A stretch of 63,503 bases of DNA, the filler included, from Folioceros fuciformis (Eukaryota): assembly GCA_049999805.1 (NCBI GenBank). It is 7 parts of 7 records of this genome, joined end to end, with 100 filler letters (N's around TTAATTAATTAA, not from the genome) between each part and the next. Parts side by side here need not be neighbours in the genome. Positions count along the whole stretch, not along the records: positions 1 to 14,441 come from JBNGIO010003628.1; positions 14,542 to 26,009 come from JBNGIO010003633.1; 5 more parts are not named here. The stretch is one strand, 5' to 3'. How positions within the stretch are numbered: the first letter of the stretch is position 1; each line of letters starts with the position of its first letter. A model generated the notes under the pieces. That model had not been told where the DNA came from, made no database searches, and was given only the letters and a program-made list of their open reading frames with translations. Made by a program: the position numbers and the translations under genes. This document shows positions 13,367 to 26,009 of the stretch, in pieces.

Positions 13367-14440
13367 TTAGCGTACATGACCTATGGACAAATGGGTTACC
13401 TGCTTGCTGCTCCTAGTTCGTGTACTTCCTGTCAACCATGCTACCCACATGAGCTGCATTCCAAGGACCAACACCCACCATGATACAAATCCTTTGGCAA
13501 CCTGGATCAACCATGGTGGTGCATTCAGAGATAAGCCCAACTGTGTTCCCCGGGACAGCTGAAAGATTCGATATCCTTGATACACCAGAGGCACAACAGG
13601 CCACACAGGTGATTGCCATCTCCAGACCAGATTTTCCACACACATTTGAACTACGAGCAGCAGGGTGTACGGACCTATCACTGCGGCCCAGGGCAGAAAG
13701 CTTGCCTCTGGAACGAGCAATCCATGCCAAGAAGCTGTGAACGCAACAACAGGTCCGAGAAGGCCCACCACACTGACAAGGAGGCTCCATACTTTGTATC
13801 CCCTCGGAGTGATCGAATGAAGAGTGACCACACCTGGGGGACCTTCATTTCTACTGCTTCTGGCACAAGCATCTGCTGCAAGGAGAAAGATTGTAGATCC
13901 CATGTAGAAAGTGCAGTCAAGACCTGCCAAGGATAGTATGCCTGCGATTGTGGAACCTGAGAACAAAGCAGGTGTAGGCAGCCACAACGCTGGGACTGCA
14001 CCACTGGCAAGCAAAGCCAGGGGACCAACCAACCAAAGAGGCCACTTGGGCCCCGAGCGGCGTGGGATTTTGCCCATGACTGGTTCCCTTGGGCTTTTAC
14101 TACTTTCCTCCACTTTGTAGATTACCCCATTGGTTCCGCTGGCCATAGACAGCTCTTGGATATCATCGTCATCATCCTCCACCTCGTCACTACCATCCTT
14201 CACATTCCTTGACCAAGCCCTGGTCACTAGTCGTCTCCGCAATCCCCTACGCCCTTCAAATCTTGTTGCTGCTTCATGGGTCGTTTTGGGAGATTCCCTG
14301 CTCTTAAAGACTGACAGTGCTGGCGGAGTAATACCACAATTGCTTCTTCTCAAACCAGACACAACCCGCTTGGTAGAAAGATGTGTTCGAAATGTCGCAA
14401 ACTCAGTCCTCTGGTGCCAAACCAGTTGCACGGAGCACAA
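13367..14440 (-). CDS. Conserved plant multi-pass membrane protein with a probable plastid transit peptide; 5' end lost in gap
   Basis: 357-codon ORF with an Arg/Ser-rich N-terminal region followed by several hydrophobic helices (WPLWLVGP...LWLP...LSLAGLDC...FLLAAD; WRWQSPVWPVVPLVYQGYRIFQLSRG). From memory it resembles a conserved uncharacterised plant family (At3g60590-like); unverified. Confidence 0.75.
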   Translation of the reverse strand: MCSVQLVWHQRTEFATFRTHLSTKRVVSGLRRSNCGITPPALSVFKSRESPKTTHEAATRFEGRRGLRRRLVTRAWSRNVKDGSDEVEDDDDDIQELSMASGTNGVIYKVEESSKSPREPVMGKIPRRSGPKWPLWLVGPLALLASGAVPALWLPTPALFSGSTIAGILSLAGLDCTFYMGSTIFLLAADACARSSRNEGPPGVVTLHSITPRGYKVWSLLVSVVGLLGPVVAFTASWHGLLVPEASFLPWAAVIGPYTLLLVVQMCVENLVWRWQSPVWPVVPLVYQGYRIFQLSRGTQLGLSLNAPPWLIQVAKGFVSWWVLVLGMQLMWVAWLTGSTRTRSSKQVTHLSIGHVR

Positions 14441-16043
14441 TNNNNNNNNNNNNNNNNNNNNNNNNNNNNNNNNNNNNNNNNNNNNTTAATTAATTAANNN
14501 NNNNNNNNNNNNNNNNNNNNNNNNNNNNNNNNNNNNNNNNNGCTGAAGGCAGAATTCCGTGCGACTATCTCCGTGACCCGGCCGCCGTCCGCTGCGCACT
14601 GAAGAATCCGGCGCCAGATCGATGCTGGCAGCTGACAATCAGGCAGCGGCAGCTGGACGAGGTCGCGCTCGCGTCGCGTGGGCCAACGGCGGAGGAATGC
14701 GCGAAGTGCGAAGTGGAGGACCGGGCCGGACCTGGCGCTGCGGGGCTGGTACGGGCCCGACGCGACCTCGACGGCGACGACGACGCAACACTAGGCGGNN
14801 NNNNNNNNNNNNNNNNNNNNNNNNNNNNNNNNNNNNNNNNNNNNNNNNNNNNNNNNNNNNNNNNNNNNNNNNNNNNNNNNNNNNNNNNNNNNNNNNNNCT
14901 CCAGTGTCTGCCCAGTGTGGCGTAAAACGAGCTCGGCCCCAACCTCCGCTTCGGCCACATCGGCCAAACGAAACGAAACGCAACGTAACGCAAAGCAACG
15001 CGAATCACGTCAAGCTTCGGCCATTAGGTCGCCTTAGGGCTAGTGGCTCCCGCGGCCCTGCGGCAGCTTCGTTCCCCTGCCTCGGCACCGACCCTGGGTC
15101 CGTGTCCGTCATCATTCACCACCGTCCAGCTATAAAATAGGTACATACATCATGCTGCCGCTGCCCTGTTCACGCTCTTTGTCTCTTGGCCTTTTCATGC
15201 CAACCGAACCGGTATGATACACACGGCCAAAGCCTGCTATGTACAGTACAGACATACATACATGCGTATGTATGTATGCACTCTTGTTAAACGTCTGTCT
15301 GTCTGCTTGATGAGTTTCCATGAATCTTCCTCCATATGTACAAGTACGTGATTAAAAAGCCTCCGATGTTAGGCAATAAATGAGTAGCCAGGTTCTGGCA
15401 GAAGCCTCGAAGGCCGTCTCTCACACCCATGTAGACCAGATATAAAATCGGCGATCGTGTTCCGAGCAGGCGTTCGTTTTCCGGCAACTGCAGCTTCCCA
15501 GCGGCGGGTAGACCACTTTCACGACTGGCAGTGGACCACGAAGACACTCGGTATCGGGCAAATGATCTCTCGTTTTGCGGGCGGTTGTGTGTCGCGTTTG
15601 TTGACTGCTCACCTGCCTGCCTTGGACTGAACTGAACACACGATTGGACTTGGAATCTGGGTGGATTGAGCTTGAAGCGAACAGTGGTGAGATGCAGGGA
15701 TCGTGTGTCGTGCCTGGGTGGGATTGTAAATTGTAGCTGGGGATGGCAAGGGAGGCTGCTTGGCTGCGTTGCTGGGTGGGATGTGATGTCACGGATCTTG
15801 GGGGAGCTGCGGGAGTCCGTAATTGTGCACGAAGACCGGGTCCTTGTGAGTGTGGGGGAGGGAAGAGAGAAAGGATTTGCGCAATTCGATGAACGAAAAG
15901 GTTTAGGTTTGTGCAGGTGTGGGCGGGAAGGGAAGGGGACGAAGATGCGGATCTGAGGCTTAGGCATCGCATCTTCCCCCTTTAGTTGATGCACCTTGAG
16001 GCTGGAGCTTTGTGAATGTGAATGGTTGGGTACTGACGGGACG

Positions 16044-19000
16044 ATGGCGGGCACGGGCCAGCAGCGCCGAAGGCAACCGCGAATGCGGGGAGCTGCTCCC
16101 AAGCCCGACGGTCCTCCGGGGCAGTGGAACCGGCGGATCTACGACCCGAGGCGGTGGCACAGGCGGTCTGGGAGCAGTCACGGGCCGGATGGCTTGGGGA
16201 TTGGGAGTAATGCGACCGCCGGCCAGCCACCTGCTGGCTGGATGCTTGTCTGGGCTGGCAGATTCAAGCGCTGGCGACGCAGGTGGTTTGTTGCACATCC
16301 TCCCGGCCTGCTTGTGTACTACAAGACTTCTGATCAAATTGGGCGGCCTGGCAGTATCGACCTCCGCGTAATCCCCTCCTCAGAAGCCACATCCTTGTGC
16401 GTATACAGTGGAGCAGGCTAGACGAGTCCTGTTTGTTTTTTTTTTGTCTTGTTGCACTGCTGCACAGGGGCTGGACCGTTCAGGACTTGGCTGGCCTGGA
16501 CCTGATTGTTTCGCTCGCTGCTCTTTCGTTTGGAATTCCCGTGTCCTGCCGTCTCGTGTCACACTGCTGGCCTGTCTAACTCATTGAATTCTGATTTTGA
16601 CAGGGAGCCTCGGTCTTTCCGGTGGCCGGAAAGGACAGGCAGTTCAAGATTGTGAAAGGCTCCAGCGTCTATTACTTGCGGACCCTCAACAGAGACCTCC
16701 GGCAGGTACGTCTTCGATTTCTGATGCATTGGAATTGCGCGCCTCCCGCTTGGAACTTGAAGGAGACCAGCTCGATTTAGTATCGGGGACGCGGTTTCTT
16801 ATGCTTACTCCACGTTTGGTGGGTAGCACCTTCCAAGTACTACCTGTCGTGGAAGCGGAGCAGTACAGTTGTGATGACATGTGCTTCTTCGTCTACAGGC
16901 TTGGGTGGATACCGTTCGGGAGTCTGTTGATACATACAACAAGTCTGTTCAAAAGGCTCAAGTCGGTGTGCCACCTGGAAGATCTGTCTTTCCCCAGCTT
17001 CAGTCATTACCACCGGTACCACCCGCTCGTCCCTCCGTTTTGGTGTTCTGTTTTGTGCTTGGTTTTGGTTGTGTGAAGTCTATCTTCGCACTAGAGCTTG
17101 CGCTCAAGTGCCAAGACCATTCATTATCCATACTGAGTTCCGCCTGATCAACATGATCGAGAGCTGTCATCCAGCATCTTGGTGAGGAATGGGAGGAGCA
17201 GGAAAAAGAGCTGAGCAGAAGACTGAGTTCTCGTTTGCAAGAGATAGAGCCTGCGAGACTTGGTACTTTGTGATTTCTGTCATGTTTGTAATACCCTGAA
17301 AATGATCAGTGGACATATGCTGCGGAGTCAGCCCTCATCCTATTTGCTATTGATGTGAGGTGATGAAATGTGGGTTTTGCAGCATTTCTGCAGCAAGTTC
17401 ACACCCTACAACATTCGTTGTCAGCAATATGTGGAGCTTTGGGTCTCACGAAAGAGTCGCCTATCAAGAAGTCTTCAAGCAGTGGCAGCATGATTGACCC
17501 CTCAGGACCAACTATGCCTCAAGGCCATGTAGATATTCTTGGATCAGAAGGGCATGCCACTTCAGCTGTCCAAACTAGCAACCGTTCTCTAGGAACTGGC
17601 GAGTCATCTTCTACATCAGCACTGGGGCTTTCTCGGGAGAAAGCCTCTCAGAGGTCAATCTTTAGGCCTTGGAAAGGGGAGGCTGACAGCCGGCCAAGGG
17701 AAAGTACAAGTACACGCCTTTGGTCAGCCAAGTCGGGGCCGTCATTGCCTTTAAATGCAGATTCTAGTGCACCAAAAAATAGAAGGAGAAGCCTTTCCTT
17801 TTCAGTAGATGAAACAGTCAGTACTCCCAGATGTGTATGCCAAGGGGTTTGCCAGTGTGTTGAGGGTATCAACTTTCGGCGAGGAGAGCATGGACAGATG
17901 ACAGGAAATGGCCACTTTTCTGACCCGGAAGTTAGCAGTGGGTTGGAAGGTTTCACAGTTATGCAACCAGTTCTCACTACAATACTCAGCAGTGGTTCTG
18001 AACAGGGATTTAGGTCTGTGCAGCTTGAGACTGAGGATGGCAGTACCTTGAATAACGATATTGCCACGACGGGAAAAGAAGGTCTCATTTTAGCTGGTTT
18101 GAACAGACCGGGTAGCTGTGAAGGAAGAAGTTCTGAACTGTACGTGAACGGGCCTAAGACGTCAAGCAAGGACGCTCCTGCATTTGTCTCAAGGGTTTCT
18201 TTTGAAGATGACGGGATTAAACACCAGGAAAGGAAAGGAAAGAACGACTGCGTACGTCAGAGTCCACTGCAGGGAGCATGGAACAGCTTGATGGATGCTT
18301 TCTCTGAGGTGAGGCGAGGTAGATGGAGCGTCCAAAACTGCTTCTCTTTTCTTGACAGTGACAATTGTGTATGTGAGTGGGACAGGCAGTTTTGGAGTAT
18401 GTCCAGTCCTTGGAGTGCTTGGAAGGGAATGTGGTGCTTACCACTGCAAACATCTGCCTGTAGGTACTGAGGGAGGAGGTACATAGAGTTCTTGATCTCG
18501 AAGCAGAGAACGCAGTACTGCAGGACTCTCTGGCAATGCTCCCTGATCTGCAACGGGATCGAATCGCTTTGACAAACTTAAAAGAGCAGCTGAAGGTTCC
18601 ATCTCTTCCCAGATGTATAGCCGATTGTTTATCTAAGCGGTTCCGGAAGTGTAACATGTAGATGTTTTTTCTCCTGACAGAAAGACCCGAGATATGCTGG
18701 TGTTAAGTTCAGGGAAGGTGATGGTGAAGATGGCGATGATGAAGCAGATGGTGAGGAAACTGAGGATGAGGGCTCAATGTTGTCAAGTGATGTCACAAAC
18801 GAGGTAGACCCGGGACCAACACTATTGAGAGTTAAGTCATGGGTACTGCAGAACTCTGGTACCTGCAATCCTTGCTGGCATTGATGTCAATCGTATCTTG
18901 GAATTGTGGCCAGGAATACTTTGAAGCTCTCGAGGTTTTAAATCAGTACGAATTTGTGGCAAAAGCAACACCATCAGCTGATCAGGAAGGATTAGCAGAA

Positions 19001-21098
19001 GGTGCTGATCTTGCGACAGAGCCACCTGAGGAGGGCGATTTGGCAGGGGATGCAGATATTTTATCAGAGGCTGAAACTGAGGAGCTCAATCTACCCAGGA
19101 CAAGGTAGTCTTGTAGGTTCATTGCATTCTCCGCACTCGTGATATGCTGGTGCAGCCAACTGTTTGTCAACATGTGTTATTATCTCGAGTGAGTGCAGGC
19201 TTCCAGCTCCCAGGCCCTTAAATCGAGGCTTCAGTCTGTGGACTGTGCTGAAAAATGCAATAGGAAAGGACCTCAATCGCATAACCATGCCTGCTACAAT
19301 CAATGAACCCTTATCTGTGCTTCAGCGCAGCGCGGAGGAGATGCAATACAGGTAACCAGTTGTGCTTGTAGTTTTTAGAACAGATTGGCAAGACTGTTAA
19401 CATTCGCAACTGTCTGGGGTGTAAAATTTCTGCAATAGCTCACATGTTGGAATCAGGGGCTTGCTAGAGACGGCATCACATTGCGAAGATTCCCTTGAGC
19501 GTCTCCTGTGGGTATCCGCATTTGCATGTTCAACGTACCATGGTAGTATTCACCGAGATGCAAAACCTTTCAATCCCTTGCTTGGCGAGACTTATGAGTG
19601 GCTGGCACCCGACAGCAGAGCTTGGTTCCTTGCTGAGCAGGTATCTGCCATGTCTCGAGTCAGTAAATCTCCTTGTGGTGGGCTGTGTCTAATGCGGTTC
19701 ATGGCTTGCAGGTGAGCCATCACCCCCCAGTCATGGCCTTCCAGTGTGAAAGCAAGCCAGGGGATTTTGTTGTCTATGGTGAGATTGAAATCAAAAACAA
19801 ATTCTGGGGGAAGAGCGTTGAGGTGAGTGTGGTTCGGTTGCATTGCTGATTGTTGAAGACTGTTGATAAATGCACTAACTTCTTCCCTATGGTTCCTATT
19901 GTATTAATGTGTATGGCGTCCAATGCCTGCTTGTCACAGATCATACCAACAGGCCTCTGCCACCTCCGCTTTCTGAAACACGGTGACCATTTTACATGGA
20001 ACAAGGTGACAACTTGTGTTCACAATGTAGTGGTTGGGAAGCTATGGATAGACAATTATGGAGAGCTAGTTGTCCGAAATCACACTACTGGAGAACACAG
20101 CCGCACTCGATTTCTGAAAGCAACCAGCAGAGAACGTTGCCGTATTTCTGGAAAGGTAGCGCCAAAACTCTTGGGTTTCTATCCGACCGATGTAGTGACA
20201 CGCGCGACGTCTGCCGAAGTCTGTTACTACAGCAGCAGGTGTCTGGTTTAATGCTTTGTTCTAATGGTACTGGTTATTTCCAACAGGTCTATGATTCCGC
20301 AGGAGTTCCCAGGTACTCTCTCTACGGAAGTTACATGGACAAGATTTTCGGGTCATCAGAACCATCTGCAGACCCTGGAGCAAGTCCAGTGAATGCAAGG
20401 TGCCTGTGGACATGTCCCGAGCCTCCTGAAGACTTCCGTCAACAGTATTGCTTTACGACGTTCACAATTGGCTTGAATGGTATTCGCCTAGCTCGATGCT
20501 GTGATTTGACGGGGAGACAGACTTCAAACAAAATGTTCATGTTGTTCTTATGCTGACACAAAGCTGTGTGGCTCTTTAACAGAACTAACACCGAGGTTGG
20601 CTGAGGCTCTCCCACCGACAGACTCTCGTCTTCGACCAGACCAACGTGCTTTGGTACGCAGAATGCCCACCCTTGCAAATGTCCTTTTCTGCAGTGTCGT
20701 CCATGCCCACCCTGACAGTTGTAACTCACACGAGTGGGATCCCAGGAGGAAGGGGACCTGGAGAAAGCAACTCCAGAGAAGCTGAGACTGGAAGACAAGC
20801 AAAGGAACGCACAGAAGGCGCGCAAAGCAAGGAATGAAGAGTGGCGGACGCTGTGGTTTCAGCAGGTGTGTGCCAGGAATCCGTGTAAGGATGGAAGTTG
20901 AAGGCTGAGGACGCTTTTCTGCTTCCGCGATCCTGATGCATTTAGTGCCCTTGGTGGCTGTGTGTGTTGCAGAGAGTTCCTGGAGCTTCGCAAGTCAAAG
21001 TAACTAATGATGGTGAGGAACCATCTTGGGTGTACCAACACAAGTATTGGGAAACGCGAGAAAAGCGGGCCTGGGAAGTTTGTCCCGACATTATGTGA
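16044..21098 (+). CDS. ORP: Oxysterol-binding protein-related protein (ORP) with N-terminal PH domain, multi-exon
   Basis: PH domain WRRRWFV..LVYYK..GSIDL|GASV..YYLR..AWVDTV. ORD motifs [75 protein letters not shown] and YWETR. GT-AG introns; stop TGA at 21096-21098. Confidence 0.93.
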
Positions 21099-24000
21099 CT
21101 GGATCATCATCCAGAGCGAAAGAGCACTGTACATTTGGAGGGATTAGGTCTTAGATGTGATTCTTTCTGGATAAGGAGCTGATTTCATGTCCAGCACAGT
21201 TCATTAAAGTGCGCACCATGTTGCGCGTTCTGTCCTGGGGATATACTATCGTGCAGGAATAAGCAGTAAAGCTGTCTGTGCCCACAGCACAAGAAAACAT
21301 GGGCAACGTGTTGAGGCCGTTGTCCCTGCTCTTCGGTTTCTCAGCTTCGCGTCTTCCTTTCTCCATCTTCTGAAGATCAGGCTTTACATAATCGCTGTTG
21401 CTCTTCAACTGCAGAGCTCCCAGGACGATCATGTGTCTGAGCATGCCAGTCCGGTTGGACTTGAACATCTGTAGTCTATACTGCCCAAAAAGTTCTACTG
21501 GCAGACCCGTCTCGGATCCCACCCACAAGTAGTCACAATCGTCCATGAAAAACAAGAACTCGCCAAGTACATAACAGCTGGTCACCAACAACCCCGTTAC
21601 GGGCTACATACTCCCATATTCCACACAGCATCGATGATTGACCTACGACACGTCTTGAAGATACTGTTGATTACCCAGAAATCATGATATGCGAAATTGT
21701 CATTGTCATGGGATTCCATGGGATTCATTTAACTGCTCATTATCCCGTGTATGTTACCGGCTTTAAGTGAATCGTTTCCGAAACTCTAAACGCTCCCGGG
21801 CTTTTCACATGGGATGACGGGAACTCTGATTTTGGGCAGTAATAAAGCTAGGTCTCTCCAAGATGTTTCTGCGTGCAGTAGACCTCCTCGCATGCCTTAC
21901 TGAATGATCGTAACTGCTGGTGGGAAGACTGATTGGACGATGAAAGAACGGGCCGGCAGCAATGAACATACCAAGAAGGCGGTGACTTTGCCAGCAGCAG
22001 CCATGTCAGGCTGCTGGAGGACCGTTTGCAGCCCCTCTGTAGACATGGCGGGCAAGAGGTGAAGAAACAGTGGAGGAAGAAGATGAACTATCTATCAAGT
22101 GCAGCGCTGTTCAAGAAGCAGCTGCAATGAAGACGGCAGTATGAAGGAGTGCGCGCACTCACCTGTCCTGCCGCAGTTGGGTAGCCGTCAATTGTCCTGA
22201 TGAGCCTGCCGGTCGCGACCACAACGACAGAGGTAAAAGACGTGGAGGTGAAAGCTATGGGGAAGAGCGTTGAGTTCGGAATCGGAGAGTGGCGTTCCTC
22301 TCGTTGATGCAGGCTCTGCCATGGAGTTCAATGTCTTCGACATGTGTACCTGATGACTTTATGCTTGTGGCTTGGTCCAGGTTTGTCTGACACGGATCAC
22401 ACCAGCAGGGCCTGGCATTCGAGCTCTCTGAAGCAAGTCAGGTATCCGGGGACATGTTTACCGTTTGGTCAGAGGTTCTGTGTAATGACTTGGGCCATTG
22501 GCTTGCATTTACTGATCAGTGCGCACAATGTGGATGTCACTGTCTTGGGAAATATCCACGTTCTGTGGTTTGGTACGCGCATTCATCATGTTTTGTAGTG
22601 TCTTTCTTGTGGTGGTGTTGTGTGCTGACACCGCATAACTGGTGTCCTAGAAAGAGGGGGACTCGGAAATAGCAGCGTCGAAGGGAGGGACCAGCGAACG
22701 AACGCACAAAACGCTGCGCAAAGCGAAGAGACAGGAGTCGGGGCAGCATGTGGTACCAGCAGGTTCGTGAGCATTTTAAAACTGCAAAGGTAGACACTGT
22801 TCTGTGCTGTGGCTGGTTATCCCTGTCTCAAAAGGTCCCCAGATGGTTAGGAAACGTATTAGCACTGTAGAACTCAAGGAAGCAACGCGAAATACGAGAT
22901 AGGCCAGGTTGGGAGATCTGTCCATGGATTATGTGACCAGCCCGAAGAGCATTGTGCCTTTGAGAACTAGGAAGAGATTCCTTCTAGATACATAAGTAGT
23001 AGCTTTGATAGCGGCCTAGTTTTATTGGGATGCGCACCATGGGTCACGTCCTGTTCTTGGGATCAGCTATGATGGACTATTTGAAACATTAGGCACAGGC
23101 CTGCAAAGTCATCGTGGTCTGCCGTTTTGCTGCAAGGTCAGGACTCAGGAGCCACCCGTTCCCCCGCTTTGGAACTCTCCAGACAACCAAGTTTCCTATT
23201 TCCCTCCACGTAGGAAATGTGCCGTGGAGCTAAACTGCTTTTCATGATCTAGAAGCTGCAGAGTAGGTGAGTAGTCGGTGCTTTTGCTTGGAACTTTCCC
23301 TCTGGCTTCCGCGGTACAAAGCCTGGCCTGGCTCCTTCTCTCTGACCACACTATTCCCCACATTGAGTCGGAGGTGTTGACGACCTAGTCTCAGTCTTGA
23401 CTCGTGTATGTACCTAAGAGTGAACGGAATCACCAGGAGGCCCTCATTCGGTAATGGACGACTCTAGTCAAGCTGTTGGGTGAACTAGTTGCGGATTTCT
23501 TGGTTGCTTCCACTTTCACATCAGCAAGCCTGCACCTGCACAGCGTACTGGCCAACAGAAGCCACGAATCCTCGCAAGGGAAGACAGCGCGAACGTTACA
23601 ATGAGGGATAAAAGCACTTCTCAGTCAGCATGAAATTGAAATCGTGGAGACTCCCAACCCTCTTGCGTTGCTCCATCCGTTACTGCAGCAACAACGAGAG
23701 CGTGTTAAGCTAGTAGTTGTGTGGTCACCCACAAGTTACGGGCATCCATCATCAATCGATGATTGATAGCGTCCAGGATGAGGGAAAGGCATGATTCCGG
23801 CTTTTTCCGTCGGATGGACTCCTCCTCTCGTGTCCGTGTGCAGATTAGCAGTTTGGACTTCCCGCAGGATTTCGCTGGAAGTGGAGGGATACATATACGC
23901 GACGGCTGAGATTCAGAGACTCATTGTCACAAAGTGAGGCAGCAAGCATGCCATTGTCAACCCGACTTCCCAGAATTTGACCGTACATCAGTAAAAGCCT

Positions 24001-24510
24001 GAGCAACTGAACTGTGCAAGTACAAGCCCGTCTGGGAAAGCTCAAAAGCTGGTCCTGGAGCTCGGTAGGAGCGACATGATCGCCATTCAAGCTTCCGGGT
24101 ACATCAAACCACAAAGTCCTCTCTGAGGGAGTAAAAAACTACATTTACAAGGCGATTGTGTCATGCGGGAAGATATTGAAGTACAATTCCAGAAAGCCAA
24201 TAGCTGGGAAGTGTAGAGCAGTGAGGCTAATCCTTGGGAGTGCGTGTTTAATGGGTGTTTCTAAAACATCGACGCTGTAACTGAGCTCTTCACTACATCG
24301 GCTATGACTCTGCTTGAATAAGCAATCAGCTCCTTGACAATAGTATTCCGCGATGGCCTAGCCTACCACTGTTTGGACAAAAAAATCAGCTAGCCTGGGT
24401 AAGTACATCGATGGATCTTCCAAGGCCGACACAAAACAACCAGTCAGCATCGATAGCAGTCCTTTGCTTGAGATGCGCTGCTGGTTCCAGACCGGTAGGC
24501 GTTCTCCATC

Positions 24511-26009
24511 TCATCTTTCCTGTGGAGACTCATTCATATCAGTGGTCCTTCTGACCTCCAGGGCAGGAGGACCTGGAGCACCCCAACCTCCTGGTTGAGG
24601 AACAAGATCTGGAGTTGGAGTTCCTGGAGGTAGTTCTGGTTCTCCCGAGCCTCCTACTGAGGCGATTACATCCTTGGCAGGCTCAGCCTTTGGTGTACGA
24701 GCAATAAGAGCACCAGAGGCTGGGGTGTCTCCATTGCCTGTCTGTGAGGGGACCTTCACACCCTCTGCGATGAAACTACCAACGACTACCTGTAGCAGCG
24801 GCCACCAAAGGAAAATATCAATTAACATATATACTAATATATGTTAACCAAAACTGATTCATGCACAACACTATTACACTGACTGAACGAAAAACGTCCC
24901 TATCTAGTGAACAAGCGCACCTGGACAGGGCTGGCTGCTACCAGCACTCCAGCAACTCCTCCTCCAACTACTTTCCCATCTACCCCACTTAAGGATACGC
25001 TCATGCCACTACTTCTGTTGCGCATGGCCCCATTATCTGGAATTAAGAAAGTGCCTGCGAGAGATAGAATCTCATACCTTCCCTGCAAATGTCCGGAGAA
25101 ACAGTTACAATCATGAGATTTACAGTAGAAATCCCTTACCATACTAGCAATTTAACTTCAGTGCAAAACAAACCCACGAAAAAATCGCCTCAGCAAAGAC
25201 ATTTCCCAACAGACGGAGGACAAAAACAGGAAGTTCACGCATCAGAGGTTAAGCCCTCAGCCAATTCCTCCTTGGGGAACTCACCTCGTACAAAATGACG
25301 CCACCTCCCTGCCGTAACTGTGCGTTGGAAACGGATCCACTTGCAGAGATAATGGAAACATGGCGAGCTTGTAAATTGACGAAGGAATGGATCTTCACGG
25401 CAACATCCTGTAGGTCGGAGGCACACCATACCACACACAGGTGAACCGTAAGGAGAAGGGTGAAGAAGAAGGAAAAGTAGGAAGGCAGGGAAGAGTGCCC
25501 ACACTCACCTCCCCAGCAGCGATTGTGATGACATGAGGAGTGAAGCTTTGACCAGCTGAGCCTGCGATAGGAGCTTCTGGTAAGGAAGCATGGATAGCGG
25601 CAGCGACGAGAAAAAAACAGAAGAATTGCCTCGCGAGGTGACGTTTTACCGAGGACACCAGGCAAAGTAGCAGACCTAGCAACAACCAAAAAAAAAAAAA
25701 CAAACCAAGGAGAGAACCACGAAGGTAGTCATACCCAGAGCTGCGAGCTGCTGCTTTTTCCCCGAGCCCGGAGGACGCCCACGGCCGCGCTTCTCTACTG
25801 GAGGAGAAGAGAGGAGAGAGGCGGACGACGGGGCGGCGGAATTATTGACGATAGAGCTTCCAGGAGCTCCGTCGTTAACACCGTACTTCCTAGGCCTTCC
25901 TCGCTTCCTCTTTACCGAATCCCCACCCGTGCCCCGAGTAGCAGAAATGGCTGCAGGAGGAGGACCCCCAGGGGGCATGGCGAGCCCATGAGCAGGCATT
26001 CCCATGGCA
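24511..26009 (-). CDS. AHL: AT-hook motif nuclear-localized (AHL) protein: two AT-hooks plus PPC/DUF296 domain; 5' end in gap
   Basis: KRKRGRPRKY and KRGRGRPPGSGKKQQL AT-hooks. PPC motifs FTPHVITIAAGE|DV, ISASGSVSNA, YE|GRYEILSLAGTF, SVSLSGVDGKVVGGGVAGVLVAASPVQ|VVVGSF. At least 5 exons with GT-AG introns. Confidence 0.93.

Noticed and set aside
14486..14497. TTAATTAATTAA embedded in N-runs (also near 26054, 30077, 54276, 58304, 62057)
   Set aside because: Identical six-frame-stop linker centred in gaps; a scaffolding artefact. Adjacency across these gaps is therefore not guaranteed.
15250..15280. Hairpin acatacatac-atgc-gtatgtatgt
   Set aside because: Two short complementary tetranucleotide microsatellites; too short for a miRNA precursor or MITE.
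15287..16102. 271-aa minus-strand ORF upstream of the ORP
   Set aside because: No recognisable motifs; it is antisense to the ORP promoter/5' region and probably a chance ORF.
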